Positions 1 through 13,531 are shown, numbered from the stretch's first letter. The stretch: DNA of 64,000 nucleotides from Folioceros fuciformis (GCA_049999805.1 JBNGIO010005395.1:1-64000); one strand, 5' to 3'. A program made the numbers and translations. Notes: a model not told the origin generated them from the letters alone.

Positions 1-23
1 ACTTGAAGCAAGAGCAAGCAGAC

Positions 24-566
24 ATGGGTGAACGGTGGGCGGGCGAGGCGGGGGGCGAGATACAGGTGCCCATCGACAGGGTGTGGGACCTGGTGTCGGA
101 TTTCTACTCCGTGAACTCGTGGGTGCCGCTGGTGTCGTGCACGGACGAGTCGGGGCGGTACGTCACGGAGGTGGGCTGCAGGCGCACGCTGCACCGGGTG
201 TCGCCAGACGAGAGCGATGAGGAGGGTGGGGACGACATGATGGCGGGGCTGGGCTCCGACCCGCACTTCAACCTCATGGTGCGCGAGCGGCTGCTTTCGC
301 TGGATCACAGCAACTACACCTTCACCTACACCATCGAGGAAAACAACCTAGGGCTCACCAACTACCACGGCGAGTGCCGCCTGTGGGAGGGCTCCTCCCC
401 CTCCTCCACCTACATCCGCTGGAGCTTCGAGCACGACCCCATCGACTGCCCCGACGCCCACGACCCCTCCCTACTCAAGGAGCAGCGCATCAGCATCATC
501 GAGAACATCCTCCACGCCTCCATCTCCATGCTCGAGAGCGCCCTCCGCAATTCTTTCAAGCACTAG
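24..566 (+). CDS. START/Bet v1 superfamily protein (polyketide cyclase/dehydrase, lachrymatory-factor-synthase-like), intronless, paralog 1
   Basis: ATG at 24; motifs PIDRVWDLVSDF...W.P, GCRRTL, VRERLLSLD..NYTFTY.I, ..IRWSF typical of Polyketide_cyc2. The PYL gate (SGLPA) and latch (HRL) are absent. Confidence 0.85.
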   Translation: MGERWAGEAGGEIQVPIDRVWDLVSDFYSVNSWVPLVSCTDESGRYVTEVGCRRTLHRVSPDESDEEGGDDMMAGLGSDPHFNLMVRERLLSLDHSNYTFTYTIEENNLGLTNYHGECRLWEGSSPSSTYIRWSFEHDPIDCPDAHDPSLLKEQRISIIENILHASISMLESALRNSFKH

Positions 567-1266
567 ACAGAGAAGAGAGGATGTCAGGCTCAATTCCTCC
601 CTCGGAGCCTGGCTGGCTGGCTGGCTTGCTGGCTGGTTGCTGCTTTCTTCTTCACGGGACTCAACTCCTCCTCACTCCTCATTCCTTAATCCTTAACCCT
701 TAATCCTCACTCACTCCTCACTCCTTACTACTACCACTTCACTGACCTCGGCCGTGAACCGCTCCCCCGGGCCCCCCATCTGTAAGACGGCATTTTCTGC
801 CTTCGCTGCTTCGCAAACTGGAAGCATTGCCGCAGCGGCTGTGCTGTTTCTCACAAAAATTATGGAGTGTAGTGTAGTGCAGTGTAGTCAATCACCTAGC
901 TAGCTACCGCCTTCACGTCATCAATCGCATGATTGTATACTTGCTGCACAATCTACTCCAATTTCGGATTTCGTCAAATGGCACTGTCAAAGGAATCTCT
1001 TTACTCGCTCTCACTTGCCAATGCCAATGCCATTTCGAATTGGAATTGAATGCCCAGCCCAGGCCTGAAATTCGCCCTCCCTTGCAAGCAATCTCTCTGC
1101 CGATAACAAGATTGCGTCAAATTGACCTTGCGTCGCCTCGTCTCGCCTTATCCCGTACCCAACGGAATCTCTCCTGCTCTGACTCAATCAAATCCGCTGC
1201 AGTGTAAGCGGTCGTCGAATCTGAAGAGGAAATTCCACTGTCTGAGATTCCACATTTTGCTGTTCA

Positions 1267-1418
1267 AGCACAGCCCAGCCCAGCAGAGCACACAGCACAG
1301 CCCAGCCCAGCAGAGCACACAGCACAGCCCAGCCCAGCCCAGCCCAGCCCAGCCCAGCACAGCACAGCACAACACAGCACAACACAGCACAGCACAGCAC
1401 AGCACAGCACAGCACAGC
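1267..1418. repeat. Pentanucleotide microsatellite (CAGCC/CAGCA)n
   Basis: Runs of cagcc and cagca are directly visible. Confidence 0.9.
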
Positions 1419-2753
1419 AAAGCACATTTTTCACGACACTGTGATGAGTCCGTGCACATAGTCATAGTCATGCCTCCTTTTCTTTCCCTTCCCCTTTCCC
1501 CGGGCCACTGCAGCCTCGAATCGAAACGGTTCGCAAAACGTCTCCACCTAAAATTGAAATCGTAATAGTATCGTTAGGTAGACTTTCTCAACAACTCCAT
1601 GCCATTGCGCTCCCCAAAACTGTGAATCCGACGAGCCAGCGAAGGAGGGAAGCGGCGCAGCGGGATGGATACATTCCGTGGCTCGTGGGTGGAAGAGAAG
1701 GTCCGGGCGCACAAAAACGCAATGCAAGCCAAGCCAAGCCAAGCCAAGCCAAGACAAAAGGCCCCTAGGAGACGCGAATCCTGTGAAGAGACCGTTGTGA
1801 AACGGAGTTGGGTAGTGGCTGGACACCGGGCACTGCACACTGGACACTGTTACCCATCGGAGCGATTCCCATAAAGATAACACACAGCCCGGTGCAAAGT
1901 GCAAGGTGTGCAAGGAGGCAGGCCACCGCGCCTGCACCGGTGCCACAGATGCGACCATCTTTTGAGACCTCCGCTCCCTACCCGCCGTTGACATCCACCG
2001 CCCACACGGCGCCCTCTCCTCTTGTTCTCCCTTACCTTGCATTTTGTTTGCACTTTTTTCCGCGAAAAGAAAACAAAATAAAATTGGAATACGGGAATAA
2101 AGCCACCACGCTTTGACTCTCCCTTTTTCCTTTTTCTCTCTTCAAAATCGCATTTTGTGCCTTTACACCCCTCACATCGAGCGAGCAAGCCCGCCAGCCA
2201 GCCAGCCAACTGACTCATGCTCCTGTGGGCGTATCAACAACCCACAATTTATGCTCCCGGATCAGGTAAAGCTACATCTCCACATGCATACATGGTTATG
2301 TGTTGTTTGATAAGCATGCATTCTGGGAATCGTTTTCACTTGGCATGCCTACCTTTGTCTGGTATGCATAACCATGCCATTGGGTCACTCCAAGTGTGGA
2401 TGTGGATCCTTGTACCTATATTTCCATTTCTTGGAAGCATCAAATATCAAACTTAACCACGCACCTCGACTTGAGTTGAGTTCACTCTTGCCATGATCAT
2501 GACGTCGGATTGTTTCTATATTTAGGCTGTATATTCTCTTGATGCCTTATTGACTTTTGTGACCTTTCTTTTTCTTTATTTTAATAATAAATATTCTTAA
2601 TAAAATATAGTTTTTGGAAAAAAAGAAAGCTGAGATCATTATAATCTTCAATGAAGCTGTACGCCCACAAATGTAAGCTTATGAGCACTGATTTTCATGA
2701 TACTTATGTTGTACAAAATTAGTTCAAAGATGGTACAAGATTGGTACAATTTG

Positions 2754-2803
2754 AAGAGAAGAGAAGAGAGAAGAGAAGAGAGAAGAGAAGAGAAGAGAGA
2801 AGA
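2754..2803. repeat. (GAGAA)n microsatellite
   Basis: Directly visible run. Confidence 0.9.
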
Positions 2804-3616
2804 GATTTGATGAAATGTGGGTGTGTTGCTTTTGTGAAAAAAACATGTATAATAAAACGATATAAAAGACACAATAATAGAAGGGCTCAAGATAGATTTC
2901 CCATGAACCAAGATGATCTCATAACAAACTATTTGGGCCTTGTGTTAATCTTTATGTATAGCATAACACGTAGGGAGTAAAATGACATATTTGAGTATAA
3001 TATATATTTTTATAAATAATAATTTAAGCATGAATTTTCCTCTATCATCGAGGCTGTAATCACCAAAAGTCATTGATTCCTACATGAAAGAATGTTTTAT
3101 TGTACTACTGTATGGAAGAACTCACATACAGAATAAATAGTAAGAAAATAGAATCATATTACCCATGAAAAATGCATGCTTTGTGCAAAAACTGTGTGTT
3201 GGTCACCTACTTGTGCACCCGTTTTAAGCAAGGAGCATGGGTACCTTATCCTTCCTTGCTCATCTTAAATATTGTGGCTTATGTTTAGTTAAATATTGAT
3301 GAAACTTGGGGTGGAGAAGGGAAGGGGATTGAAATGTGGAGTGAGAAATTCGGAGTAGGGTAATAAAGTTTAACCCTCCATCCTGTGCCCTATTGGGTAT
3401 TGGGCACACGCTGGGTTGAGGATTTGGAGGTGGACAACGCTGGAACTCTGGATTGGAACCTGTTGAACGCTACTGGTCCGCACTCGGATGCGGTAGGGAA
3501 GTAGTTGACGGTCGATTCCTGGCTTGGGGGTGGACATTCCCTGGATTGGGGCACCCGCATCGATGTGGGTGCCTGCCACTACCTGGCCAGACAGAGCGGG
3601 TAAACCAGTTGTCTGT

Positions 3617-3690
3617 CTGACCTGACCCTCACCCTGACCCTGACCCCGACCCCGACTCGGACTCGGACTCTGAGACCCTGATCCTGACCC
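3617..3690. repeat. Hexamer microsatellite (CCCTGA/CCCCGA/CTCGGA)n
   Basis: Directly visible; a shorter related tract lies near 11280 in the duplicated block. Confidence 0.75.
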
Positions 3691-4340
3691 CGGCAAGTTC
3701 TGGCCCTAGCCCTGCCGCGGTGGTTGCATCCAGCCTCCATGGATCCAGCTTGCTCTCCAGTCGGCCAGCTAAAGGCTTCATGTGTGTATTTTACTATAGT
3801 GGGGGAGGCGGAGGCTGCCAGACGGGCATGGGGCATGCATGCTGGACTTTGACTGCACGCAGGGGCTGGGGTTATTGCGGGCTCCAGCCTGCACCAAGGT
3901 AGATATGGCCACCTCCGCCAGCCAGCCTTGGGAAGGGTGTTGTCCGACGGCCGGGCCGCTTTCCCAGCCTGCAGGTTGGGAACCGATGTTGCAGACGATG
4001 ATTACCGTGCTAGCGCAACATTTGTGCATGCGGTTTCACGGAGCGAGGGATGGTGGCAGAGCCCTGAATTGGTGAGGCGGGATCTTGGTCAGTGCGGCGG
4101 TTAGCTCGGCACTTGCAGGCTTGCAGGCAGACTGCTCCAAGTTGCGGGCTGCTATGAAGCCCACACGATTTTGGGCTGGTCATTCCAGGGTTGCAAGCCC
4201 GTTATCATGTGATGCAGCACAGTTTGATGTAACCGAGGAACGACATCCGGTGCTCCGGCACCTCCGCCGCAGGCTCGCATGTCGCTACTTCCGGGTTGGG
4301 AATTTCATTCGGGATGAGGGAGGGAGGGAGCCGGCGGGCC

Positions 4341-4388
4341 AGGAGAGGAGAGGAGAGGAGAGGAGAGGAGAGGAGAGGGGAGGGGAGG
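4341..4388. repeat. (GGAGA)n microsatellite
   Basis: Directly visible run. Confidence 0.85.
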
Positions 4389-5232
4389 AATCTTTGCTGG
4401 AATTGGGAAGGAGAGCTTTATCAAGTCATATATATGCCTACACCGACGCCGTGCTCAATAACATTGTTGACAACGCGACACAGACAGACACATATACCAC
4501 CCTCACTCATTTATGTACCCTGATGTCAAGCCTGTCAATTGGTTGCTCAGGTGTCAGAATGGCGCTCGGTTCGGTACCTGTCTGTTGCGCAATGCTTATC
4601 AAGGCTGCTGTCCTGACTTGTGAAACGAAACGAAACGTGCATCTCTCAGTTCAGAATCTGCTTGTTTGACAGGATTAAGCAGACCATGTGTGTGTCGGCA
4701 GCCCCGCCTCTCATTGAAGTGATCTCGTGGTCAATGTGAATCCTGTGAAGTGGAATCGGATAGGCAAGCAAGCTGCTCGCGTGTTGATCCAGTTGCGTTT
4801 CATATTCAGCAGGGACGAGACACATTCTCTTGTCGCGGAGTCCTGAGCTATTAATAGGTGATAGATATATCATTTATTTTTGAAATAAAGTACGTACATA
4901 TTTATTTCTTTTACACATTTTTGTGATCTCAACAGCGTCGAAGTGGACACGCAGGGATATCACTTCAAGGATATCCGCTGCTGCTATGCCGTTTGCCGAC
5001 AACGGAGTCCACTGTGCTTGCCGTAAGGAGCTGTCAGACATTGCTTGCCGCAAGGCGCTGTAATGAAAATGAAAGGGACCATGCATCATCCGGATCCTCA
5101 TACTTGGACTCGTCCGAACATCACTCATGCTGTTTCTATATCTATTGTGTCACAATTTCTCTTCAATATAAGAGATCAAGATACTAATTGGGGTGAGATG
5201 TAAGAGATCAAGATACTAATTGGGTTATCTGA

Positions 5233-5994
5233 TGTCATGATCAAGGAACTTACCTAGGAAAAATTTATCTAGCTATTGTTTCATGGGGTAACACCTCCAT
5301 CAACGGGGTGGGGCAGAACCACACAGTTAGAAGCCAAAGCAAGGGTCAGTTTTAAACACCGGATACAGCACTAGGCCTCCAAGTAGCCCGCCCTCCTCTT
5401 CTAGAAGGACTCGCAGCGAGCACCCTTGCTGCTGCTCTTTATTCAAATCACGAGTCAACAAGAACATACAAACCTGAAGGGCTAGAGAGAACTCCCCATC
5501 TTTGCCTAAGCTAGGAGTTTAGCTCTCCCTTCTCTTGGCCTCCTCCCACAGGTCCTTCACAGCACCTTCCTAGTGCTCTCACTCTCACAGCCCAAGCAAT
5601 ACATGCTCTCAAGGCATAGCCCAAGCACCCAGTGCTCTCAAGGCTTTGAGGAGATACTGATCTCCACTCCAGATACTGATCTCCACTCCACTGTACTGAA
5701 CTTCCCTTAGCCCTTGGTTAGGTCCCTTTTATACACAAGCTCAAATCACTAACTTAGCAACTACTTACTTAAGCACTTACTTAAGCCTTAAGCTATTATT
5801 CACTACCACACACTTTTTCCTAGGGTTGCATGCTTCTCATGCTCTTAGTAACCTGCTATGCTAAACATGCCTTTGCATAGAGCTTACTTGCTTGGCACTC
5901 AAACCAGCATTGTTACTCATGGACTACATATAGAATTTCTCTCCTTATCTCAAGAGATAAAGTGAATATGCTTTCTTAGAGTAGGATACCGACA
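5233..5994 (-). mobile_element. Probable solo LTR
   Basis: TGTC...GACA termini; minus-strand TATAAAAG (~5725-5735) followed by AATAAA (~5440); lies inside a segment absent from the paralogous block at ~12.45 kb. No matching 5-bp TSD found. Confidence 0.45.
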
Positions 5995-6273
5995 GAATAG
6001 GGTCCATCTTTCGTAACTATGTGTATGCTAGGACAAGGCACGCTCTGGCAAGATGCTGAACATAATGGACTCCGGATCTGCGTGGATAGGACGACGACAA
6101 AGACGAGGTCCATCGTTCCAGAGTACATATGTGCTCACCAATGGTCGATATTGGAGCAATCTCATTGCATCGGTTGTGCTGCTGTCGATCGAGAGGCGAG
6201 CGGACGCCAACCTGCGAGTGTCGCACATTTGATCCATATCTCCGAGCCGGCACATTTTCGTCCCTGCGCGTCC

Positions 6274-6876
6274 ATGGCTTCCGAGTCCCTGAAGTTCTGG
6301 AGTAAGGATGTCGTGGGCCAAGTGAGGGCACCGATTGCTGTTGTGTGGGAGCTGTGCTCAGACTTCGTCCGGATCGATCGATGGTACCCAGGTGTGACCT
6401 CGACTCTGATCGCCGGGGAGCCCGGAAAGCCAGGCATGGTGCGGCTCCTTCAGCCGACCTCAAGCGACCAATCAACAACTTTCGCTAAGGAGCGGCTGCT
6501 TGTGTCGGACACGGCCAACCATCTCGTCACTTATGAGCTGCTCGAAAACAGCTGGAATCTGAAGGAGTACCAGGGGACTTTGAAGCTCACCCCCGGTGCT
6601 GATCCGAGTGTCACCGAAGTTTCTTGGTCTTATCAGATGGCGCCGACCAACGAGATGACGCCGGAGGCTGTCGCTTCCACACTGGGACTCATGTTTCAAA
6701 GCGGAATTGATAATCTGAAGTTGCTGCTGGAGAAGGAGAACGCGGATCCGGATGGCGCTGCTCAGAAAGCGAAGACCCCGACTGAAGAGCATCCTGCTCC
6801 GTCCGCGGAGGCGGGCAAGAGCCCGGGCGAGGACAGGGCCCGGCGCTTTGCTTCTGGAAAAGAAGAATTATTTTAA
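6274..6876 (+). CDS. START/Bet v1 polyketide-cyclase-like protein, paralog 2, with a hydrophilic C-terminal tail
   Basis: ATG at 6274 (MASESLKFW); APIAVVWELCSDF, GMVR, AKERLL, VSWSY, GIDNLK; aligns with the 13061 paralog. Confidence 0.85.
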   Translation: MASESLKFWSKDVVGQVRAPIAVVWELCSDFVRIDRWYPGVTSTLIAGEPGKPGMVRLLQPTSSDQSTTFAKERLLVSDTANHLVTYELLENSWNLKEYQGTLKLTPGADPSVTEVSWSYQMAPTNEMTPEAVASTLGLMFQSGIDNLKLLLEKENADPDGAAQKAKTPTEEHPAPSAEAGKSPGEDRARRFASGKEELF

Positions 6877-8869
6877 AAACAAAATGGCTTCGAGGGTCCA
6901 ACGCAACCATACCCTAAAATGTGGGATAACGGAAACCATGTTTTTAAGAATAATATCTTTCAAATCAGTTAGAAAAAACTGGATTTCCAGTTAGGGCTTT
7001 TAGTACTAGTTAGTTTAGTTTTGATATATTTATAAGGAAAATGAGTTATTTCGAAAAAGTTTGTTTTATTACTTTATTTTAATATAAAATATCTTGGGAA
7101 ATTAACAAAATAGAAAAGGCTTTAAACCCCCGACAAAAAGAGAGCCATTGACTGGAGCGGGAGAGATCGCGTTCACTGTGTATCCTTCAGTCGATGTCAG
7201 GGTATCCAGAGAAGAAGATGTCATTCCTTGATGCCTTTGTGAGTCGACCACCTTTAGAGCCACCTTGTTGTTGGTGTGATGAAGATGTTTGTGGCCAATG
7301 AGGTGCATATGTACGTGAGAGGGTGTGACCTGACTGACAGCCTGTGAGAGGCAGGTGCCATCACCACCATCCTCATCACCGGCTATGTTCATCCAAAACG
7401 AGGGAATAAATCATCGCTCATTGTCCGTGCCAGAATGCTTGGAGTCCACAGGTGTCCAGTCCAGATGTACAAGCGAGCAAGCATGAACACTTCACAGTAT
7501 CTGTACTTCACTTCCCAGGTTTGGTGAGTGGGAGACAGGGGGAAGCACAGACGAGGAGGGCCGGTCAAGGAGCTGTGAGTCCTGGTGTGACCCAAGGCCA
7601 TGACGATGATGAGCAGTACCAACATAAATTGAGGTGAGTGGGTACCTTTCCGCTGCTCACTTTCATTGATGGTCTTGTGGCTGCTCCATAAATGGCACTC
7701 ACCATCCCGCCTTGACCGCAGTCATGGTCGTCACCATCCCTGTTGCTGCAGAGAGACTGGATGCCTGGCTGACACGAGCCGGCGGGAGAGGGAGAAACGA
7801 AAAGGCAAGCTTGGTAGTACTTTTCAGCGATATTTGAACCAAAAATTCAATATGCCAGTGAAATTGTGCAGCATCGAGAGTGCTGCTGTTGTTGTAGTTT
7901 GGGCTTTCAATGTGCAGACATTTTCTGCTTGTCCTGCAAGACGACAGCGCTCTGACCTCGGTTTTCTTTGTCTCCACATGTTCTCGCATCCAGGCAAAGC
8001 TTGCCTTCCTTCTTGGGCCGCGAGCCTGCATGCGTATCGATTAAGGACAGGCCAGGCTGACACCAGGACCTCCATGAATACCTTCGCCTGACTGCCACCT
8101 GCCCGCACTGCCTGGGCCTGGCACTGCCTTTGCGCCCGGTTGAATCAGGCGTTTCACTGAATCCCTAATTGCCTATCCGGCCTGGATCTGCCACATCACC
8201 TTTGGCAGTCCGCCTGCGGCGACCACCGTTTGACGGGTTACGAGGAGCTGACTCCCTTTCAATCTGCACGGTGACTTCCGACCGACATAAATTCAGGGAC
8301 TGTCACCACATATATGGCCGTGCACAACTGCCCTGCCTTGACCACATACCGACGGCTTTGCTCTTAACCAGATCAGTGCGATTCATACACTACACAGGTA
8401 TGTATTTACGGGAGCCAGTGCGATAAGCCAGCTGGATTGCTTGAAATCATCAAACAAGAATGTGTACTGTGAAAGAGGTGAGAGTGACCACATTTCTCAC
8501 GTTGCACGTAGTCTACCACGCCAGGGAGGTCATGACGGCTTATGCTCCTGCCTGCTTCGATATCTGGTTTCCTCCAAAGAAAGTGAAGCGTTTTCATGGG
8601 TGCCAGTTGAAGCAACGAAGAAGGGCTGAGAACAGGCAGGTTGATCTTATCAACAATAGTTAACAACCACTCCCTTCACATACAGACTTCGGACATTAAG
8701 AAAGGGACTTGAACTAACTGCATAAGCAGCAATGTACATCTGACGTCCACCTCTTTGCTCATAAGACCAGTAGCCACCTAAACAACACACAATTGGAAAC
8801 GGGGAAAGCATCACAAATGCTTGTCTTTCACGTGAGGCAGCCTGCAACGAAACCTGGCCGTGACTTACT

Positions 8870-10570
8870 CTCATCATCAATCCTGACCAGTAGTTCTCAT
8901 CTCTTGCCCTTCGACATATTTCGTGCAACACCTGAAATAGACAGAGGAATAGCATGTGAGTGGACTAACAAAATGGAAGCAAAAGCTGCCATCTCAACTC
9001 AAGCCAGCAACGCGGATGGACCAGACGAAAGCAGCCAGCAGAGACAGCAGTGGAGCGGAATTGAGCACATTCCTACACAATCCACAAACTGAAGGCATTG
9101 AGAAACATCCTCATCCTTCTTCTTGTGGAAACGTGGGACAATTTCAATCCACCATTTAGGGTGGACCTCAATCACTTATGATGGTGAGGCAGGCATTGGG
9201 ATCACAACAACTTTGAACACTGATAGCTTACCACACTGGTTTGGAAGGTTTTAAATAGTGCTTGCATACCTGTCGCATGTATTCCTTTGCAGTGTGCACA
9301 AGTTCCTGATACCAAAAACCCAGTGCGGCTTCTTCTGACAGCAACATAAAAGCATATGTATGATAAGAGGAATCGTAACATGGATGCTCATCTTGAAAGT
9401 TCACAAATAGTGGAAGGGGAACCTACCTCTGCTCTGTAGGACCAGAGCTGGGACGTGTGTGAACCACTAAGGGATTCTTCATCGAAATGTAGGACCCATT
9501 CTTTTCACGCTAAGCCATAGAGAAGAAACCTGCAAGAGACACCCAACGGAAATCCAAGACACCATCAACGAATTGCAGCAGCATCCCAACTAGCAGGCAG
9601 AGATGCCTATCTGATGGAATAGCCTTGTTTGCAGAATCCACCTTGTTGCTGTCGATTGACACAACTATTTCCACTCTCTCCTGCAAAACTTCCTGCTGTT
9701 GCTTTCCCTTTCTCGTTTCATGCTGCCTCATACCAACACTGAATTAAGAAGTTGGTTTCCTTCCACGTGTAGTAGACCTACATCACACACTGAGGTGAGT
9801 CACTTCCACAGGTAGTCACAATTCACAATGCGCTAACCTTTCACCTTTCCAGACAGCAGACGTCACCCACCTTCAAGAGGTTGAGATGATCGCCCCCGTT
9901 GCCAAATGGAAGTTCATCCGTGCATTATCAGCATGCACGGATGGCGCTTGTCCTTCACACGGTAAATTGATGACGTTCCCATTGACAAAAGTGCAGATAT
10001 GCTAGTGATCTCCTCAGGAAAATTGTGCGCATCAGGGGCAACTATCCCCTTTGAAAGCATGGGGTCCAGAGGAAACTCTGCCATCCACCTTCCTACTGTG
10101 GTTAGGTCACCCCGATCATGTGTAACAGCTGCTGAAAGGTCCTTAACAGAGTCTCTACCGGAGGAGGATCCATGAAGTCAAAGTTACGGAGATCATGAAT
10201 GCCAGTTCTTTCCAACATAAGAACTACATTCCCCCGGTTTGTCCGCTGAATCTCAGGTACAGCATTGGCATCAATTCCATTCTAGTAGGACCGTGCAGTA
10301 TCCTGTCGAAAACATTGTTCCCGGTGACGTCCGTCCTGCCCTGCCAGCTCTTTGCAGAGATGAAGCTTGTGGGATACGAATCACAAGCAATGTCTCCATT
10401 CCTGTTCGGGTCGGGACTGCAGCTTCTTTGCTAGCAAACCCAAGGATCAGTCACGTACATTATCCACTCAGCGCTGAGCCATCAATGTCTCAGCAATGTC
10501 CGTAGCTAGGACAACTTGTCGAGCTCCTTCTGGCCTCTCTCCGAACATCCTCGCCGATGTCCGAAGGAAG
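8870..10570 (-). pseudogene. Degraded duplicate of the 3' half of the DEAH helicase gene
   Basis: Exons and introns align collinearly with ~15110-16810 (e.g. 10170-10290 vs 16420-16540), with indels and stops; no 5' half. Confidence 0.9.
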
Positions 10571-10584
10571 TATGTGAGAAGCCG

Positions 10585-10750
10585 TGAGCTTCACGGTCTG
10601 CGAGCGTCCGCTGACGGAGGATTCCAGCAACTACACATTCACCTACACGATGAGGACAACAACCTAGAGCTCACCAACTACGACGGCGAGTGCCGCCTCT
10701 TGGACGGCTCCTCGCCGTCAGTCTGCTGGAGTTTCGAGCACGACCCATCT
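10585..10750 (+). pseudogene. Fragment of START paralog 1
   Basis: cagcaactacacattcacctacac...ctcaccaactacgacggcgagtgccgcct...ggagtttcgagcacgaccc matches ~270-445, with a frameshift and deletion. Confidence 0.85.
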
Positions 10751-11757
10751 ACTGGCCAACAGCCACGGCGCCACAACCTTTCCCTTGTCACCTGCTTGTT
10801 CAATCACAAAATTGGGTACTGGCTTCACAACAGAGTTCATTTTCAAATTCCATCACACAACATCTTCTGGATTCTGTCAGGTGTCGATACGAATGTGTCG
10901 GGGCTTCAAATTTGCTCGAGGCATGTTCACAGCACATTGCATCCTTGCTGTTCCAAGGCTCACGCAGACTAATTCATCGAAACTCCGTACGTCACCTGCA
11001 GGGGAGTTGAAGTTCGACAGTTGCTCTCCCATCCATCTACTGTGGATCCATGGTGGCCGTGTGTATTTGGACACCACGTCAGCCTCGTGCGGTGTTAAAA
11101 TGACACGTCTCCACGGACCATGGCAAGTGCACATGTACTGCAATGTACGACATCAGCACACCAGAATCTGCATCCGTGTGTCTCGGCGGCCTTCTTCAGG
11201 CCGGTGAGAGGGACGACGTGCCAGACCCCGCGTGTCAACCAGGTGTTCGCCTGACCCTTGGGCCTCACTGTGGCCGGCCTGACCCTCACCCTCCGGCTTG
11301 TTGTGTGACTGCGCCTAGTCCAGTGTTCATTTATGTATTGGGATAGCCACTGGAGCCGCGCATGACGCATGGCTTGAGTGACGGACGTCAGGTCGGGTGT
11401 AGTGGCGGCTGCAAGGGTTTCTTTCGCACCACCGCAACGCTACAGCGACGTCGGCCAGCCAGCATTGGGACGGGTGTTGTCCGACGGCCGGGCGGCTTCT
11501 CCCATCGAGAACCGATGTAGCACACTCTGATAACCGTGCCAGCAGCCACAGTGTAAAGTTCTGTTCCACAGAGAGGGGGATTCGGGCAGAGACCTAAACC
11601 GGTCATCAGGAGCCCAAATGCGTTGCAGGAATCTGGTCACTGCGGCGGTTAGGTTGGCACCTGCAGGTTGTTTAGGCGAGCTACTCATCCAAGTGTCGGA
11701 TGATCTTAAGCTCGACTGATTTCCCTGATTCTAGGGCGGCAAGGCGTTGTCAAGATT

Positions 11758-11848
11758 TGCAACGTGTCTCCATGCTACTTTGCAGCGTGTCTCCATGCTA
11801 CTTTGCAACATGTCGCCATGCTACTTTGCAACGTGTCTCTATGCTACT
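11758..11848. repeat. 23-bp tandem repeat, about 4 copies (tgcaacgtgtctccatgctactt)
   Basis: Directly visible; no spacers between units. Confidence 0.9.
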
Positions 11849-13060
11849 AGCTAGTGTTGGCAAGTACACTTTGTCGTAAGAGGCTCTCATCGCCTCCGTC
11901 ACAGGTTCTAGTAATGCCAGGTTCTAGTAAGTTCACGTTCATTGCAGAACAGGGCGGACCCGGGATGGGGAGATCGTAGGGAAAGGAAGAGTAATGTACA
12001 CCAGTAGACAGGGTTGACACATGGACATGTGTGTACCACTATCTTAAGGCAAACCTGACACTCCGTTTTTCAAGTGTAATGAAACCGCTTGTCAAAGCTT
12101 GTGTCCTGCGGACTGTGCTTCTGTCCTGCAGACCGTGCCTCTGTCATTTCATTTCTCCTGGTTTCTCACGTTCACATGAACAACATATACGCATGTTGAC
12201 ACCGGCCTGCCCATGGAAATGCATCCTGTGGAGTGCCAAGGAGAGGAGCCGCAAGCTTCACCAAAATCTTGCTCTCTACCTCATGAAGTTACATTGCTTC
12301 CTCATGCTCGCGTGCCAAGCCCTGTCTTGATAGGTTGATAAGGATATCCGTCATGTGCTATGGTGAGTTCCTGCCGACAACGCGGTCTGCTGCACTGCCG
12401 TGAGGGCTGTGAGAGAAGCAACGCTCGTCCAAGCAGATGAATGAAAGCGAGGATGTATTAGCCGCATCACCTCACAGTAGTACGTTAGGACTCTCCAAGC
12501 TGCGCCAAGATGGTGAAGGTAGAGTGGACAATAAGAGCTCGGAAGCATGAGCCGCTTAATCGTGTCGGATTAATGTTGCATGTGTGCTCACCACTGGTGC
12601 CTGTTTGAGCAATTGTAGATCTGCGGCTGCTGTAAAACGAGTGTCGTCGAGCAGGTTGCTGCTGAGCCCGTGCACACAGGGCTGGCGCTCATTCATCCCT
12701 GTGAGACTGTAGTTTGTAGCTGTTACTTGCGAAGTGTCGTGAAGGCTTGTTCGGTTTGTGTTTGAAACGGGTAGCTGATGTGAATGGTTTCTCTGGAGGC
12801 ACCCCGTCTGCTTTCCCATCCAGACGTGAAAATTGAACTGCAGCCATATAGTAGGCGGGAGAGATGATGTAGTGGGAGGAGAATTGCTAAAAGGTACTGT
12901 ACACGTGACCGCGATTGATTGACAGAATGTGAAAGGGCTGTGCGGTAATAGGCTACATATCCTCCAATTTTCCGTCACTCGCGTGTTGAGTGTCATCTTT
13001 ACTGTTTACACTAACCCTTCCCTGTTGTGGCACACTGTGTTCTTGGCTTTGGCTTTGGAA

Positions 13061-13531
13061 ATGGTGAAGGAGAGCAAGAAATGGACGCTGACAGTCACCG
13101 GTGAGGTGAAGGCTCCCATCGACAAGGTGTGGGAGTTGACGTCTGATTTCGCGGGGCTTGGACGATGGATTCCATACCTGCATTCGACTCTGGTTTCTGG
13201 ACGACACGGAGAGGTGGGGCTTGTACGGCGAGTATGGCGGAAGGATGGTAGTGCCTACGCGGTCGAGCAGCTGGTGAACTTGGACCATGAGAAGCATTAC
13301 TACAAGTATAGGGTGCTGGAGACCACCCTGAGTCTCAAGGACTACGAGGCGGAGTTTCAGTTGACCCCTGGATCTGAGCCATCCACTACTGTTATCACCT
13401 GGTCATATGAGACAGTGCCCTATTCCGAGACTACGGAGGAGTCGGTTGCAGCGCTAGTGGGAACTTTCTTTCGCTTTGGCATCGATAACATCAAGAAGAT
13501 GCTAACTGGAGTTGAGGCTGAGGGCAAGTAA
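13061..13531 (+). CDS. START/Bet v1 polyketide-cyclase-like protein, paralog 3
   Basis: ATG at 13061 (MVKESKKW); APIDKVWELTSDF, GLVRR, ITWSY, GIDNIK; intronless, 156 aa. Confidence 0.87.
   Translation: MVKESKKWTLTVTGEVKAPIDKVWELTSDFAGLGRWIPYLHSTLVSGRHGEVGLVRRVWRKDGSAYAVEQLVNLDHEKHYYKYRVLETTLSLKDYEAEFQLTPGSEPSTTVITWSYETVPYSETTEESVAALVGTFFRFGIDNIKKMLTGVEAEGK

Noticed and set aside
1122-1565. ORFs rich in QHSTA or CCAVL
   Set aside because: Translations of a pentamer microsatellite.
3778-4075. Short ORFs sharing PAVGQHPSQ with 11327-11569 as a conserved peptide gene
   Set aside because: Similarity is explained by the tandem duplication, and the frame breaks on either side of the shared stretch.
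11758-11848. 23-bp repeat as a CRISPR or regulatory array
   Set aside because: Simple head-to-tail minisatellite.
24-13531. START genes as PYR/PYL ABA receptors
   Set aside because: The SGLPA gate and HRL latch are absent in all three.
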